Shown here: one piece after another, positions 47,897 to 56,985 of the stretch | How the letters are laid out: each line of letters opens with the position of its first letter | Position numbering within the stretch: the stretch's first letter is position 1 | Origin: a virus | Taxonomy: Duplodnaviria; Caudoviricetes | Strand: one strand, 5' to 3' | Virus record (IMG/VR): IMGVR_UViG_3300011624_000001 | Location: 24,436-88,435 of that record | DNA: 64,000 nucleotides | The notes under the pieces: generated by a model | What the model was told of the DNA's origin: nothing | The model's database searches: none | What the model saw: only the letters and a program-made list of their open reading frames with translations | Position numbers and translations under genes: made by a program

Positions 47897-48200
47897 GAAG
47901 AAATAGTATGTAAGTTTTCTGTCAAGTAGTCAAGAAAATATATTTATTTGGTAAGAATTTACGTGATAAATCGAATGAAATAGCAAGAAAATGTAAGTTT
48001 TTTGTAGTGTTTCGCGTAAGGCTGCTTGGTTCTTCATGCTCCTGTCTTGAGCTGCCGCCCACTCGACTCCTGCATGTTCGACCGCTTGGCGCTGCTCGGC
48101 GCGCAAAAATTCCGGCGCGCCCGGCCGCGCTGCCCGCCGCGTGCGCAATGACGCCGACTCGGCACAAAAACGAAGAAAATTCAGCGGCCAAAACTCAAGA
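47897..48200. repeat. AT-rich region with (C/G/T)AAGAAAAT-like and ATGTAAGTTTT repeats (candidate StbA centromere/operator)
   Basis: Copies at 47897, 47931, 47952, 47984 and 48172; ATGTAAGTTTT at 47908 and 47991. Confidence 0.5.
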
Positions 48201-48348
48201 ACGAAAATCGGTGATATTCTTGCGGTTATATTGGGAGTTTCTAGGAAAATATATAATACTGTATAGTTTTATATATTCGATGCGCGTCCGAAGTTGCCGC
48301 GCGAGCGCGGAGCGGCGAGAATCGGCGGGAAATTTGAGGGGTGCAGAA

Positions 48349-48386
48349 TTAAACAGAGCAATTCGGTTTTGAATCGCTCTGTTTAA
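48349..48386. repeat. 16-bp-arm inverted repeat with 6-bp spacer (terminator or recombination site)
   Basis: TTAAACAGAGCAATTC-GGTTTT-GAATCGCTCTGTTTAA. Confidence 0.7.
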
Positions 48387-48397
48387 ATCCGGTCAGG

Positions 48398-48586
48398 TTA
48401 ATTTTGCTGCGGTTTGCTAGGCTTGCATTTTTCGGAACAATAGCCCTCTGCTCGCCACGAAAGCCATTTGACGGCCAGGAATGTCGCGCCGCATGAGCAG
48501 CGCTTAGTTTCGCTAAATTCCTGGGGTGGGAACACAGCGGCCGGGGCCGCTGGTTCGACTGGTTCATCAAATAGGTTGAATTGCAT
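48398..48586 (-). CDS. Small Cys-containing hypothetical protein
   Basis: MQFNLFD..CSCG..YCSEKC; overlaps the upstream gene end. Confidence 0.55.
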   Translation of the reverse strand: MQFNLFDEPVEPAAPAAVFPPQEFSETKRCSCGATFLAVKWLSWRAEGYCSEKCKPSKPQQN

Positions 48587-49508
48587 CGCTATTTGGACCG
48601 GATTGCGCGGTAGTATCCGTCGCAGCGCGCAGCTTTGCCACTTCGTCGCGAATCGACAGCAATTCCTTCAAGGTGCCCGCGTCCACTGGCACTTTTTCGT
48701 CGTCTCGCATAGCGACCAATTCATCAGCCCGATATGGGAGCTTGTCGAATAGGACGCCGATGGAATCAGTAGCGCGCGTTACCAGCTTGCGTGGAACAGC
48801 CCGCCCCTGGACTGACTTGAGCGTCACCTTGCCCTTGCCGCTGGCCTTGAGCGCATTCTGGACGACCTTCCCGGCGTCGCTGCCGTGCTCGCGCACGATT
48901 TCCACGGCGGCCGTGCTCGCCACCTCGCCTGCGCGAATGGCTGCTTTCAAGTCCGGCTCGGCGCGCGCCAGCATCAGGCAGTTTTCGATGTGGGTCGTGG
49001 ACTTGCCCTGACGCGCAGCGATCTTTGCGATGTCCCAGCCAAAATTCATCAGCTCGATGTACTTTTCGCCCTGCACCAGCGGCGATACCCCGAGTCCCTG
49101 GCCGCTGGACAGCATGTGCGAGATTTGTTCGTCCAGCCCGCCCTTGAACTCGACAGCCGACATATCGCCCAGGTCGCGGCCGCTTGGGAAGCCAGCGCGG
49201 AATTCCTCGATCAGCTCGCGCACCGCCCACATGCGATGCTCGCCATCCACCATGAAGATGACGGACTTCTCGGCCGTGCGCTCGACGGCAACGTCGATAG
49301 GCTTGAGCTTGACCCCGCCACGGATCGCCTCTTTGATGTTGTCGATGTGTTCGCGGCTGAGCGGGCGGTTGAAGCCTGGGCGAATTTGGACCTTGAAAGG
49401 ATCGACCTTGAAACTGGTTTCCTTCGATACGCCTTCAATGGCCTTGTCCTCGGCGGCGGCCTTGAGTGAGGTGAATTTTTCGGCGTCGGCGGGCTGTTGG
49501 GTGGTCAT
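48567..49508 (-). CDS. ParB-like (ParB_N/Srx) DNA-binding protein
   Basis: IRPGFNR..KPIDV..MVDGEHR; HTH IAKIAARQGKSTTHI. Confidence 0.75.
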   Translation of the reverse strand: MTTQQPADAEKFTSLKAAAEDKAIEGVSKETSFKVDPFKVQIRPGFNRPLSREHIDNIKEAIRGGVKLKPIDVAVERTAEKSVIFMVDGEHRMWAVRELIEEFRAGFPSGRDLGDMSAVEFKGGLDEQISHMLSSGQGLGVSPLVQGEKYIELMNFGWDIAKIAARQGKSTTHIENCLMLARAEPDLKAAIRAGEVASTAAVEIVREHGSDAGKVVQNALKASGKGKVTLKSVQGRAVPRKLVTRATDSIGVLFDKLPYRADELVAMRDDEKVPVDAGTLKELLSIRDEVAKLRAATDTTAQSGPNSDAIQPI

Positions 49509-49528
49509 ATTGTTATATCCTTTCGTTG

Positions 49529-50755
49529 TTAGGCGGTGGGCTTGAGGATGGTGCGCTCACCGCTGGCGGCCATCGGGCTTACGATACCTTCGGACTCCAT
49601 GCGCTCGATGAGGCGCGCGGCTTGGTTGTAGCCGATGCGCAGGTGGCGCTGGACCAGCGAGATAGAGGCGCGCTCGTTTTCACGCACGACCTTGACGGCC
49701 TGCTTGTACTTTTCGTTGTCGTCCAGGCTGATGGTCTTGCCGCCCACGGTCAGGCTGATGCTCGCGCCATCCTGGGCGGCCAGCTTGTGCAGCGCGCGCA
49801 CGGGTTCCTGCACACCGCCGCCCTCGGCAATCTGGTGCTGGCCGTCGCTGTCAGCGTCGCCGATGGCGGCCTCGCCGCCGAGCACCTCGACCAAATCGGC
49901 CAGCATCTTCGCATATTCGAGCGTCATGAGCGTCACATCGTTGTCGAAGCGCTCGTCGTCGCTGTGGGTAATGGCGGTGCCTTCGCGCAGCACGTCCAGC
50001 GGCTTGATGCCCTTGACCGCCAGCGACTCGTCCAGGGTGAACGAAATGCGGTCGTTGTAGGTCAGTGCCAGCTTGACGCACTGCTTGCCTGCGGCGATGT
50101 GGCGGCGCATATCGTCCGGTTCGAGCGTGTGCAACTTGTAGGTGACGGTGGCGCGGCTCTCGCCGCTCGCGCGCAGGGTGGCGTTCTGGTCGATGGTGAA
50201 CCCGTACGGCCCTTCATCAGCTTCCAGCCAGCCGGTCATCACGGCCACTGGCGACTTCTTCACGCGCAGCGACTCCAGCGGCATCTTGTCCACGGCCTTG
50301 AGCAGCAGCTTCACCACGTCGTCGGCCTTGCTCGGGCTCGATGCGTCCACGACCAGCCAGCCGTTCACAGGGTCGATCCAGACCCAGGTGTCGGAGTCCT
50401 TCGGGAAGGCCTTCACCAGCAGCTCGTCGGTGACGCGCTCTTTCAGTTCCTTGGTCGCTTTCTTCCCAGGTGGGAATCCCTGCTGTTCTTCAAACACAGC
50501 CGCGCGCTTGCGCACCTCGGCGTTGATGACGGAGCCCGGCAGCACCTTCGTTTGCGTGCGCAGGCGCAGCAGCATTTGCCTGTTGACGACGTGGACCAGC
50601 TCGCCGCCCGCGCGAGGTGCGACCCAGCCCAGGCGCAGGGCTTCGGACTTGGTGCAGTCGGTAAAAGACTGGTGCTCGATGGCCTCGATCAACTGGGCGG
50701 CGGTCAGGGCGTAGGGCGCTGGCAGGCGGTAGATTTGTGCGTTCTTGAAAAACAT
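49529..50755 (-). CDS. rdgC: RdgC fused to C-terminal FtsK gamma domain
   Basis: MFFKNAQIYRL RdgC start; ASISLVQRHLRIGYNQAARLIERMESEGIVS gamma motif. Confidence 0.9.
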   Translation of the reverse strand: MFFKNAQIYRLPAPYALTAAQLIEAIEHQSFTDCTKSEALRLGWVAPRAGGELVHVVNRQMLLRLRTQTKVLPGSVINAEVRKRAAVFEEQQGFPPGKKATKELKERVTDELLVKAFPKDSDTWVWIDPVNGWLVVDASSPSKADDVVKLLLKAVDKMPLESLRVKKSPVAVMTGWLEADEGPYGFTIDQNATLRASGESRATVTYKLHTLEPDDMRRHIAAGKQCVKLALTYNDRISFTLDESLAVKGIKPLDVLREGTAITHSDDERFDNDVTLMTLEYAKMLADLVEVLGGEAAIGDADSDGQHQIAEGGGVQEPVRALHKLAAQDGASISLTVGGKTISLDDNEKYKQAVKVVRENERASISLVQRHLRIGYNQAARLIERMESEGIVSPMAASGERTILKPTA

Positions 50756-50809
50756 GGCGGTATCTTTTTTGTGAGAGTAGGGCAGGGTGGGCCTGCCCGA
50801 TTGTTGTTC

Positions 50810-51658
50810 TTACGCGGCCTTGCGCGTCGAACGCGAGGCAGCAATACGGGCTTCTTCGTAGGCCTCGACGCCTGGGATGCGCAGCTCGGTCCGCTGGGCC
50901 TTCGCCATATCGTTCAAGTCCATCAGCTTCACCTCGACCCAGCCGTGGCAGGCCGGGTTGTCGGCGATGTAGCGCAACAGGGCAGGGAGGTCGGTGACGC
51001 GCGCTTTCCACACGTCCGCGGTCGTGATGCCCTCGACAGTCGGCACGTTGGTGGCGGCCGTCGCAGCGCTGACCACGGTGGTGGTCTGTTGCAGCGCCAT
51101 CGACATTTCGTGCGCAGTCTCGGCCGCCGTCAGCGCCTCATTGACGCCCTCGGTATTGCCCGACGCCATGAGCGCCTTGGCACGTTCGTGCTCAGCCTCG
51201 GCAAGCGCTGCCTGCCGCGCCGACTCGGCCGCGAGCTGGGCGCGCTGGTCGGCCGCGATCTTGTCGAGCAGCGCTTGCTGGATGGCGGCCTTGCGCTTCT
51301 GTTCCTGATCGTAGGACAGCATCGAGCCCTTGAGCAGCTTGATTTGCGCGTCCAGGCGGTCGAGCGGCTTGCGGAACAGGTCCATGATGAGTTTCTTGGC
51401 CGCGTCCATCGGGCGCGTGATCGCCAAGCGCTGATCTTCGAGGCGCTTGTACATCGCCTGCAATTCGACCAGCTCGACCCCGGCCAGCTCGTACAGCATG
51501 GGGCTGTCGATGACGGTGACGAACATGCCATTGCAGGTGCTATCTGCCAGGGTCCACAGTTCCTCGGCCTTTGGCGTGCCAGCGGGCAGCGCGGGCAGGA
51601 CGGTCGGCGCGGCATCGTTCGCGGCTTCGGCCCCGGCTTTTGGCTTTCTACTTGCCAT
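50810..51658 (-). CDS. Coiled-coil recombination-module protein (Mu Gam-like?)
   Basis: RLAITRPMDAAKK..WKARVTD..IPGVEAYEE pattern; next to exonuclease and SSAP genes. Confidence 0.5.
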   Translation of the reverse strand: MASRKPKAGAEAANDAAPTVLPALPAGTPKAEELWTLADSTCNGMFVTVIDSPMLYELAGVELVELQAMYKRLEDQRLAITRPMDAAKKLIMDLFRKPLDRLDAQIKLLKGSMLSYDQEQKRKAAIQQALLDKIAADQRAQLAAESARQAALAEAEHERAKALMASGNTEGVNEALTAAETAHEMSMALQQTTTVVSAATAATNVPTVEGITTADVWKARVTDLPALLRYIADNPACHGWVEVKLMDLNDMAKAQRTELRIPGVEAYEEARIAASRSTRKAA

Positions 51659-52223
51659 GTTTAATTCTCCATTTGTGAATCGTCAGCAGCGACATAAAGC
51701 AGGGGAGGTCGGTCGGGTCCGTGAACTCCTGCAAGCGGTAGGTGCCATCCGGGCGCAGGCCCAGCGCGAACCGCTTTTCGATGCCAGCGCCTTCGAGGTT
51801 GTGCATTTCCTTATAGGCCGCAAGCTGCGGCCCGATAACCGGGCCGAGCTGCATCATTTTCTTGATGTCCACCACGGACTTGACGCCCCGGATCGCGCCG
51901 GTTCGGTCGGACGTGCCGCAGTAGCCAAGCGGGTGGTACATGCGCTTCTCGATGGTGTCGGGCACGAACTCGACCTCATCGCGAAACCGCTTCCAGCCAT
52001 TCAGGTAGGGCACCAGGATCGGGTCCAGATCATCCTCGTCCAGCGTGCCCGCGTCGTACAGCTCGGTCGTCAGGTGAACCATGGTGCCCAGCTCGCTCGC
52101 GCGGCGCAGCACGTCAGGATTGATGGCCGAGTAGTCCACCAGCGGCTTGAGGATGCCCGTTACCGACGGGACTAGCGTCCCGTTGTAGCGGTATTCGTGG
52201 CGGGCTTCGTCAAAAACTAGCAT
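51648..52223 (-). CDS. PD-(D/E)xK exonuclease
   Basis: VPSVTGIL..GTMVH..YCGTSDR..VVDIKK..QLAAY. Confidence 0.8.
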   Translation of the reverse strand: MLVFDEARHEYRYNGTLVPSVTGILKPLVDYSAINPDVLRRASELGTMVHLTTELYDAGTLDEDDLDPILVPYLNGWKRFRDEVEFVPDTIEKRMYHPLGYCGTSDRTGAIRGVKSVVDIKKMMQLGPVIGPQLAAYKEMHNLEGAGIEKRFALGLRPDGTYRLQEFTDPTDLPCFMSLLTIHKWRIKHGK

Positions 52224-53521
52224 CACTTCGCCTTGAGCCATTCCAGCACGCTAGGGAACAGCGGCACCGTCAGCGCGTCCGGCTCGATGCCGAATTGTTC
52301 CTTGAACTGGTCGGTCGTCTTGCCGCCCGTCGTGTCGAGCTGGGCTTTGACGAACGCGATTTTCGAGGCCGCCAGCGGTGGGCCTGCTGGTGCTTTCGCC
52401 GCTTGTTTTTCCGGCTCTGGCGTGGCCGCCGCTGCCGGGGCGGGCGTCCGTACCGGACGCTTTGACGTTATCTTCTCGGAAGTCGGCTCTGGCGCTGGGT
52501 CGGCAACCGGCTCGGGCTCGAACAGGTTGCGGGTGCGCGTGTCGATGCTGGCGTCCAGCACTTCGCCGGTAGCCATATCGACGCCCGGCACGTTGGACGG
52601 TGGGGTTGCCTCGGCGGCTGGTGCTGGTGCTGGCGCTGGGGCTGGCGCTTCTGCTGCCGGTTCCGGGGCAGGGGAGGGCGCTGGCGTCTGGACCGGCTCG
52701 ACCACTTCTGCGGCTGCTGGTGCTGCCTTGGCGCGCGGCGCGCGTGGAGTGCGCGCAGCATCCTGGGCGTCGCCGTTCGACTGCATGGCGAGCGATCCAT
52801 CAGCCTGGGGCACCACGTCGATGATGTCGTGCAGTTCCTCGGCAGTGGGCAGGCCCATGAGCAATTCCGGGTTGTAGGTGCGTCCGAAGAACGCCGCCGC
52901 CCGGTACTGCGCCATCACTTGCGGCATGGTTTTCCATTTCGAGCCGTTGCGCGTGTACCAGCCCTCTTGCACAGCCATTTCCAGGGTAACGGGTGGCGAC
53001 TCGACCAGCTCGCCGGTTTTGTCTTTCGTCCAGGCGACGCAGCGCGCGTTCTGGATGCGGACAGTCTTGACGACTTCGGTCTTGACGTTGTTGATCCACT
53101 CGAACGTCAACTGCTTGGCGTCCACCTCATCCAGCCACTCGAACTTGAACCGCAGATTGTGCGCGTACAGGCCACTGTTGTTGATGAGCGCGATGATGAA
53201 GGGCGAGCCCCAGCTCGGGCGGCCTTCGATGACGTGCAGGTTTTGCATCACTTGCAGCGGGCTCGCATTCATGCGCTGGGCCAGATCGAGCGCGACCATG
53301 CAATTCGGCAGGGCGGCGTCGTTCTGCACCCATTTCTTATCCCTGCCGTAGCCCTCGGACACGACGGCCTGATACGCGGCCGGGACCATCGTGGAGGACG
53401 CGAACAGCTTGGCCGCGCGCTGCATGAACTCGAAGGCGGCGAGGTTCTGGAATCCCATCATGGTCGCCGCATCGTGCGTGGCGGCCAGGGCGGTGACGGT
53501 GGATTGTTGGTTGTCGCTCAT
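52223..53521 (-). CDS. RecT/Bet-like single-strand annealing protein
   Basis: SPLQVMQNLHVIEGRPSW..SKWKTMP..M..YRAAAFFGR..PELLMGL.T.EE. Confidence 0.8.
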   Translation of the reverse strand: MSDNQQSTVTALAATHDAATMMGFQNLAAFEFMQRAAKLFASSTMVPAAYQAVVSEGYGRDKKWVQNDAALPNCMVALDLAQRMNASPLQVMQNLHVIEGRPSWGSPFIIALINNSGLYAHNLRFKFEWLDEVDAKQLTFEWINNVKTEVVKTVRIQNARCVAWTKDKTGELVESPPVTLEMAVQEGWYTRNGSKWKTMPQVMAQYRAAAFFGRTYNPELLMGLPTAEELHDIIDVVPQADGSLAMQSNGDAQDAARTPRAPRAKAAPAAAEVVEPVQTPAPSPAPEPAAEAPAPAPAPAPAAEATPPSNVPGVDMATGEVLDASIDTRTRNLFEPEPVADPAPEPTSEKITSKRPVRTPAPAAAATPEPEKQAAKAPAGPPLAASKIAFVKAQLDTTGGKTTDQFKEQFGIEPDALTVPLFPSVLEWLKAK

Positions 53522-53538
53522 GGTGGTGTCCTGTGCGC

Positions 53539-53691
53539 TTAATGGGTTGGGGTTTCGATGAGGCGCGGCGGGACCAGCATGTGCGGGTACGGCGTGAGGC
53601 CGCGCTGTTTCAGGTAGCGGCGGGCCAAAACCCACTTTGCCGCCAGGGTACGGTCGCCGAACAACTGGCGGGCTTTGGCGGTGGTGCTCAT
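53539..53691 (-). CDS. Small hypothetical protein (50 aa)
   Basis: Read by hand: MSTTAKARQLFGDRTLAAKWVLARRYLKQRG; ATGA overlap. Confidence 0.5.
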   Translation of the reverse strand: MSTTAKARQLFGDRTLAAKWVLARRYLKQRGLTPYPHMLVPPRLIETPTH

Positions 53692-53831
53692 ACCGGCAGC
53701 ACCACGACGGAGCAGAGGTAGCCGAAACGGGCGGCGGCAGCTTCAAGCGCTTCGCCGCTGGTGAATGCGGCCTGGTCGAATTCGTGGTGCTCGCCGTCGG
53801 GGGTCTGAACTTTTACGCTGTATGTACTCAT
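53688..53831 (-). CDS. Small hypothetical protein (47 aa), first gene of the leftward early operon
   Basis: GAGAG-type RBS before ATG 53831. Confidence 0.55.
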   Translation of the reverse strand: MSTYSVKVQTPDGEHHEFDQAAFTSGEALEAAAARFGYLCSVVVLPV

Positions 53832-53898
53832 GCTGGTTCTCTCTGCAAAGTGGGTTGTTGGAAGTGTGTCAACCGGCATAGAAATGCCGATATGAAAA

Positions 53899-53927
53899 AG
53901 TATAGTGATAGAAATAGTTTCCCGCAA
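53899..53927 (-). promoter_or_regulatory. Leftward early promoter (PL-like)
   Basis: Minus strand TTGCGG, 17 nt, TATACT. Confidence 0.7.
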
Positions 53928-54035
53928 TAGATATGCCTATATATTTTTGCGGAAAATGATTTGTGTTCCTATATTGTCTTAAGGAAATGACAACTTTAGA
54001 TAGCTTTTATAATGAAAAAAAGCGTTGTATAGGCG

Positions 54036-54060
54036 AAAAAAAGCCCGCGCGAGGCGGGCA
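54036..54060 (-). terminator. Terminator after cI
   Basis: Minus strand GCCCGC-CTCGC-GCGGGC followed by T7. Confidence 0.8.
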
Positions 54061-54089
54061 AATTGGAAGAAGGGGAGGCGGGGGAGGCG

Positions 54090-54785
54090 TCAGCAGCCCA
54101 TGCGCATGATGAACCGGCCCTTGATGGTCAAGGCCTCGGCTTGCTCGGCCGTATAGCCCTCATCGGGGTAGCGAATGCGGTCAGCACTGTCGCTGCGCAG
54201 GATCACATGGCCGTCAGCGCGGCGGTTAACTCGCTTTACCCGCAGGCCGTCATACGTGTCGAGCAGGTAGATGCCGCCATCCTGAAAGTCAGTTATGGAG
54301 GTGTCGAAAATCATGATGTCGCCATGGGTGATGTATGGGGCCATCGAGTCGCCATCGGCATAGATCGCCACCATCTTGGAGGCGATCACATTTGGGGAGT
54401 TGCGGCACCGATCTAAAAGTCGCTTGCTGATCCTGATAGGCGTGGTGTCTATGTCGCCGTACAGGCGGCCGTTGCCGCAGCTCCCTCTGCAATCGAGCAG
54501 CGGCACCACGTAAGCGTCCTCGTTCGCAGCTAAGCCCTGGATGGCGCCAGGGGGGATCATCTCGCCCAAGCCACTTTCTAGCCACAAGGCACTCACGCCC
54601 AGGGCAGCGGCAATCGAAGCAAGACTGCCGCTGGTATGCGCCCGATTCTTTTCTAGCGCCGATATGGTTGGCTGGGTCAGTCCCGCAAGCTGGCCCAGCT
54701 TGTCTTGCGAATAGCCTAGTTCCTGGCGTCGCATTTTCACGCGGTCGCCGGTCGTCAAGGTGCGGGGAAGTGTCATGTTGTTCAT
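54090..54785 (-). CDS. cI: CI-like repressor (XRE HTH + S24 autopeptidase)
   Basis: SQDKLGQLAGLTQPTISALE HTH; GDSMAP catalytic Ser; VKRV catalytic Lys. Confidence 0.9.
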   Translation of the reverse strand: MNNMTLPRTLTTGDRVKMRRQELGYSQDKLGQLAGLTQPTISALEKNRAHTSGSLASIAAALGVSALWLESGLGEMIPPGAIQGLAANEDAYVVPLLDCRGSCGNGRLYGDIDTTPIRISKRLLDRCRNSPNVIASKMVAIYADGDSMAPYITHGDIMIFDTSITDFQDGGIYLLDTYDGLRVKRVNRRADGHVILRSDSADRIRYPDEGYTAEQAEALTIKGRFIMRMGC

Positions 54786-54904
54786 CCGAGGTGGTCAGGA
54801 ATGCTCTTTAATTAAGATACTTATAAATCGTCGTTATACACTATATCTATAGAGAAATAAAGTAATGATTTTTCTGTTTCTTTATGGCACATTACAGGCA
54901 TTTC

Positions 54905-54934
54905 TTGCCCAACGAGTATCGGGATGCTTATAAT
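54905..54934 (+). promoter_or_regulatory. Rightward early promoter (PR-like)
   Basis: TTGCCC, 18 nt, TATAAT, upstream of the cro-like gene. Confidence 0.6.
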
Positions 54935-55021
54935 TCGTAGGCTTGATCTTACAAAATTAGTAGCCAAACAAGAAAGTGCTGCCCGCGAGGGTTCGCGATA
55001 CCAACAACTAGGGTTCCACGC

Positions 55022-55255
55022 ATGAAAGTAGTAGACGTTAAGAAGGCAATTGCCACCTTGCAACAGGAGGCAAAGATGACGCAGACGGAAATCGCTGGCG
55101 AGCTGAAATGCACCCAGGCCAACGTGCATTACCACCTCAACAACACTGCCAAGAACCCTAGTGCATCGGCCGTTCTGGTCGAGCGCATCAAAGCGGCGTT
55201 CGCAGCCCGCAATCTGGAGCTACCGATGTGCGAAGCGCCGGAAGGGGTGATCTGA
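55022..55255 (+). CDS. Cro-like HTH protein
   Basis: TQTEIAGELKCTQANVHYHL; divergent from cI. Confidence 0.75.
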   Translation: MKVVDVKKAIATLQQEAKMTQTEIAGELKCTQANVHYHLNNTAKNPSASAVLVERIKAAFAARNLELPMCEAPEGVI

Positions 55256-55803
55256 TGGCGAAGCACGGCAGCAAGCCCAAGCGCAACAAGCGCTATGTGC
55301 CGAAGGGCTTCGACAGGAACGCGATGTTCCACACGATCCGCGCCAACTGGCGCGCCAGCGCGACAGCAGCCAACGAATCGGCGCACGACGCAAATCTGCG
55401 CGCCCGGTTCTCAAGCCCGGTCGGCATCGAGCAGCAGGAAGAACTGTTCGCCGAATATCGCACCGCCCTGGTAGCGATGCGCGCGGGCGGCGGCGACTTG
55501 GACGACTGGAGCATGGTCATCAGCGCGCTCAACACCGGGCTCGTCTTGTGCGAGCGCGGCTTCGGCCCGGAATACCTGCCGACGTTCATGGCAGCGCTGG
55601 ACAGCATGGCGGCTGCGCATACGCACTACCACGCTACCGGCAAGTGGGAATGGAGCGAGGACGCGAACGCAGCCATCAACGACTGCATCGACGTACACGC
55701 CGCCCAGTTGGAGGCAACGATCCAGGCTGATGTGCTGTCAGCCTATGCCGAAGTAAAAAAACGAATCGACGCAAACCAAGTCATCACCAAGGAAGCCGCA
55801 TGA
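55255..55803 (+). CDS. Hypothetical early protein
   Basis: TGATG coupling to cro. Confidence 0.65.
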   Translation: MAKHGSKPKRNKRYVPKGFDRNAMFHTIRANWRASATAANESAHDANLRARFSSPVGIEQQEELFAEYRTALVAMRAGGGDLDDWSMVISALNTGLVLCERGFGPEYLPTFMAALDSMAAAHTHYHATGKWEWSEDANAAINDCIDVHAAQLEATIQADVLSAYAEVKKRIDANQVITKEAA

Positions 55804-56078
55804 GCAACATCACCATCACGCAGTTCGCACAAGTCCTGGGACACTCCGAGCCAGCATTGCTGGAGCGCATGAAGATGGATCAGATTTTGCAGCCGAGTGG
55901 GCTTCCGTACAGCGTGCATCTGCGCCGTCGTTACTTCGCCGTCGCCGAGCTGGGCGGCCGCACTCTTGATGTCGGCCTGACCGGCAAGGGCCAGATTTGG
56001 CTGGCCCGCCGTTACCCGGCCGGGTTCGAGCTGGCCGAGCGCAAGCTGGGTGAGCGTAAGCCGGGAGTCCGTCGGTGA
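55800..56078 (+). CDS. Stand-alone KilAC/antirepressor C-terminal domain
   Basis: ITQFAQVLG..PY..YF..TGKGQIWL. Confidence 0.7.
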   Translation: MSNITITQFAQVLGHSEPALLERMKMDQILQPSGLPYSVHLRRRYFAVAELGGRTLDVGLTGKGQIWLARRYPAGFELAERKLGERKPGVRR

Positions 56079-56239
56079 GCGCCAGTCATAAAAGGCAAGT
56101 GCTGACCTGTTCGCTGGTGCGCAAGCGCTGCGCCTGCGGGAAGCAGGTCACGGCGAAGCAGCTCGTCACGTATGGCGCGTGCGACGCCTGCTGCAAGGTC
56201 CGCGCCGCCGCCTCGACGGGAGCGACTGCATCAAAATGA
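56075..56239 (+). CDS. 54-aa Cys-rich Zn-finger-like protein
   Basis: Read by hand: RKRCACGKQVTAKQLVTYGACDACC; coupled at both ends. Confidence 0.55.
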   Translation: MSASHKRQVLTCSLVRKRCACGKQVTAKQLVTYGACDACCKVRAAASTGATASK

Positions 56240-56985
56240 CGTTGAAGCGGACCGAAATGGCACGCGGCACCACGCCGCTGCGCAACACCAAGCCGATGAG
56301 CCGAAGCACCGCCATGGCGCGCGGCACCTCGACCTTGAGCCGGGGAACCGGCTTCAAGCGTGGCGGCGTCGGATTGCAAAGTGCTGGTAATATTAAGGAA
56401 ACTATTGGCATTCCTGTATTGGCGAAGCCGCAAAAAACAGCATCGACGCCCCGCAAGCGCCCTATGAAGGTGACGCGGCCGAAAATGACTGCGATAAGGC
56501 AAAGTGCCCAAAACAAGGAATGTACGTTAAGATTCCCATGTTGCAATTACAGAATTGACACGACCGTGCTGTGCCATCGCAATGGCGCAGGCGGTGGGAT
56601 GAAGGCACCGGACACGGATGCGGCTTATGGCTGCTATGCGTGCCATGCGGTGCTGGACGGCCAATCGCCGCGCCCGGAAGGGTTCACGCGCGAGGCCATG
56701 CTGGCGAGGTTCGATGTGGCCGTAGGGCTCACGCATATCGAGCTGGCAGTGCTGGGCTTGGTTCGGCTGCTGGAAGGTGGCCGAGTTGAGGTGATAGAGA
56801 AACAGGAGCAGAAAAAACAAAAGCCGTCGCCTGCTGGAACAGGAAACGGCTTCAACTCGAATCAACTGTTAGGGCAGTCAATGAGTAAGAAAATAGTACC
56901 ACACATTAACAGTGTGGTGAGCGCGCACGCGCATCAAAACATCGCTTTTTCACCAGAAATCACCTCTGCGGGGGTGCGGCCATGA
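56236..56985 (+). CDS. DUF1364 (YbcO-like) His-Me finger nuclease-like protein
   Basis: SAQNKECTLR..C....TTVLCH..GMK.PD..AYGC.ACH..LDG. Confidence 0.75.
   Translation: MTLKRTEMARGTTPLRNTKPMSRSTAMARGTSTLSRGTGFKRGGVGLQSAGNIKETIGIPVLAKPQKTASTPRKRPMKVTRPKMTAIRQSAQNKECTLRFPCCNYRIDTTVLCHRNGAGGGMKAPDTDAAYGCYACHAVLDGQSPRPEGFTREAMLARFDVAVGLTHIELAVLGLVRLLEGGRVEVIEKQEQKKQKPSPAGTGNGFNSNQLLGQSMSKKIVPHINSVVSAHAHQNIAFSPEITSAGVRP

Noticed and set aside
47890-48340. oriT next to stbA, as in R388
   Set aside because: No recognisable nic motif and no relaxase or tra genes in the window.
48349-48386. Protelomerase (telRL) site of a linear phage-plasmid
   Set aside because: Those sites are longer, nearly spacer-free palindromes, and no protelomerase is visible.
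50780-52678. KOPS-like GGGNAGGG copies near the rdgC-FtsK gamma gene
   Set aside because: A few copies are expected by chance at this GC content; enrichment cannot be computed here.
52590-52740. Ala-Pro repeats in RecT, DarA and other proteins
   Set aside because: Ordinary low-complexity linkers, not DNA-level repeat elements.
53987-54109. 40-codon plus-strand ORF behind the antisense promoter
   Set aside because: RBS is too close to the ATG, and the ORF runs through a terminator and the cI 3' end; probably spurious.
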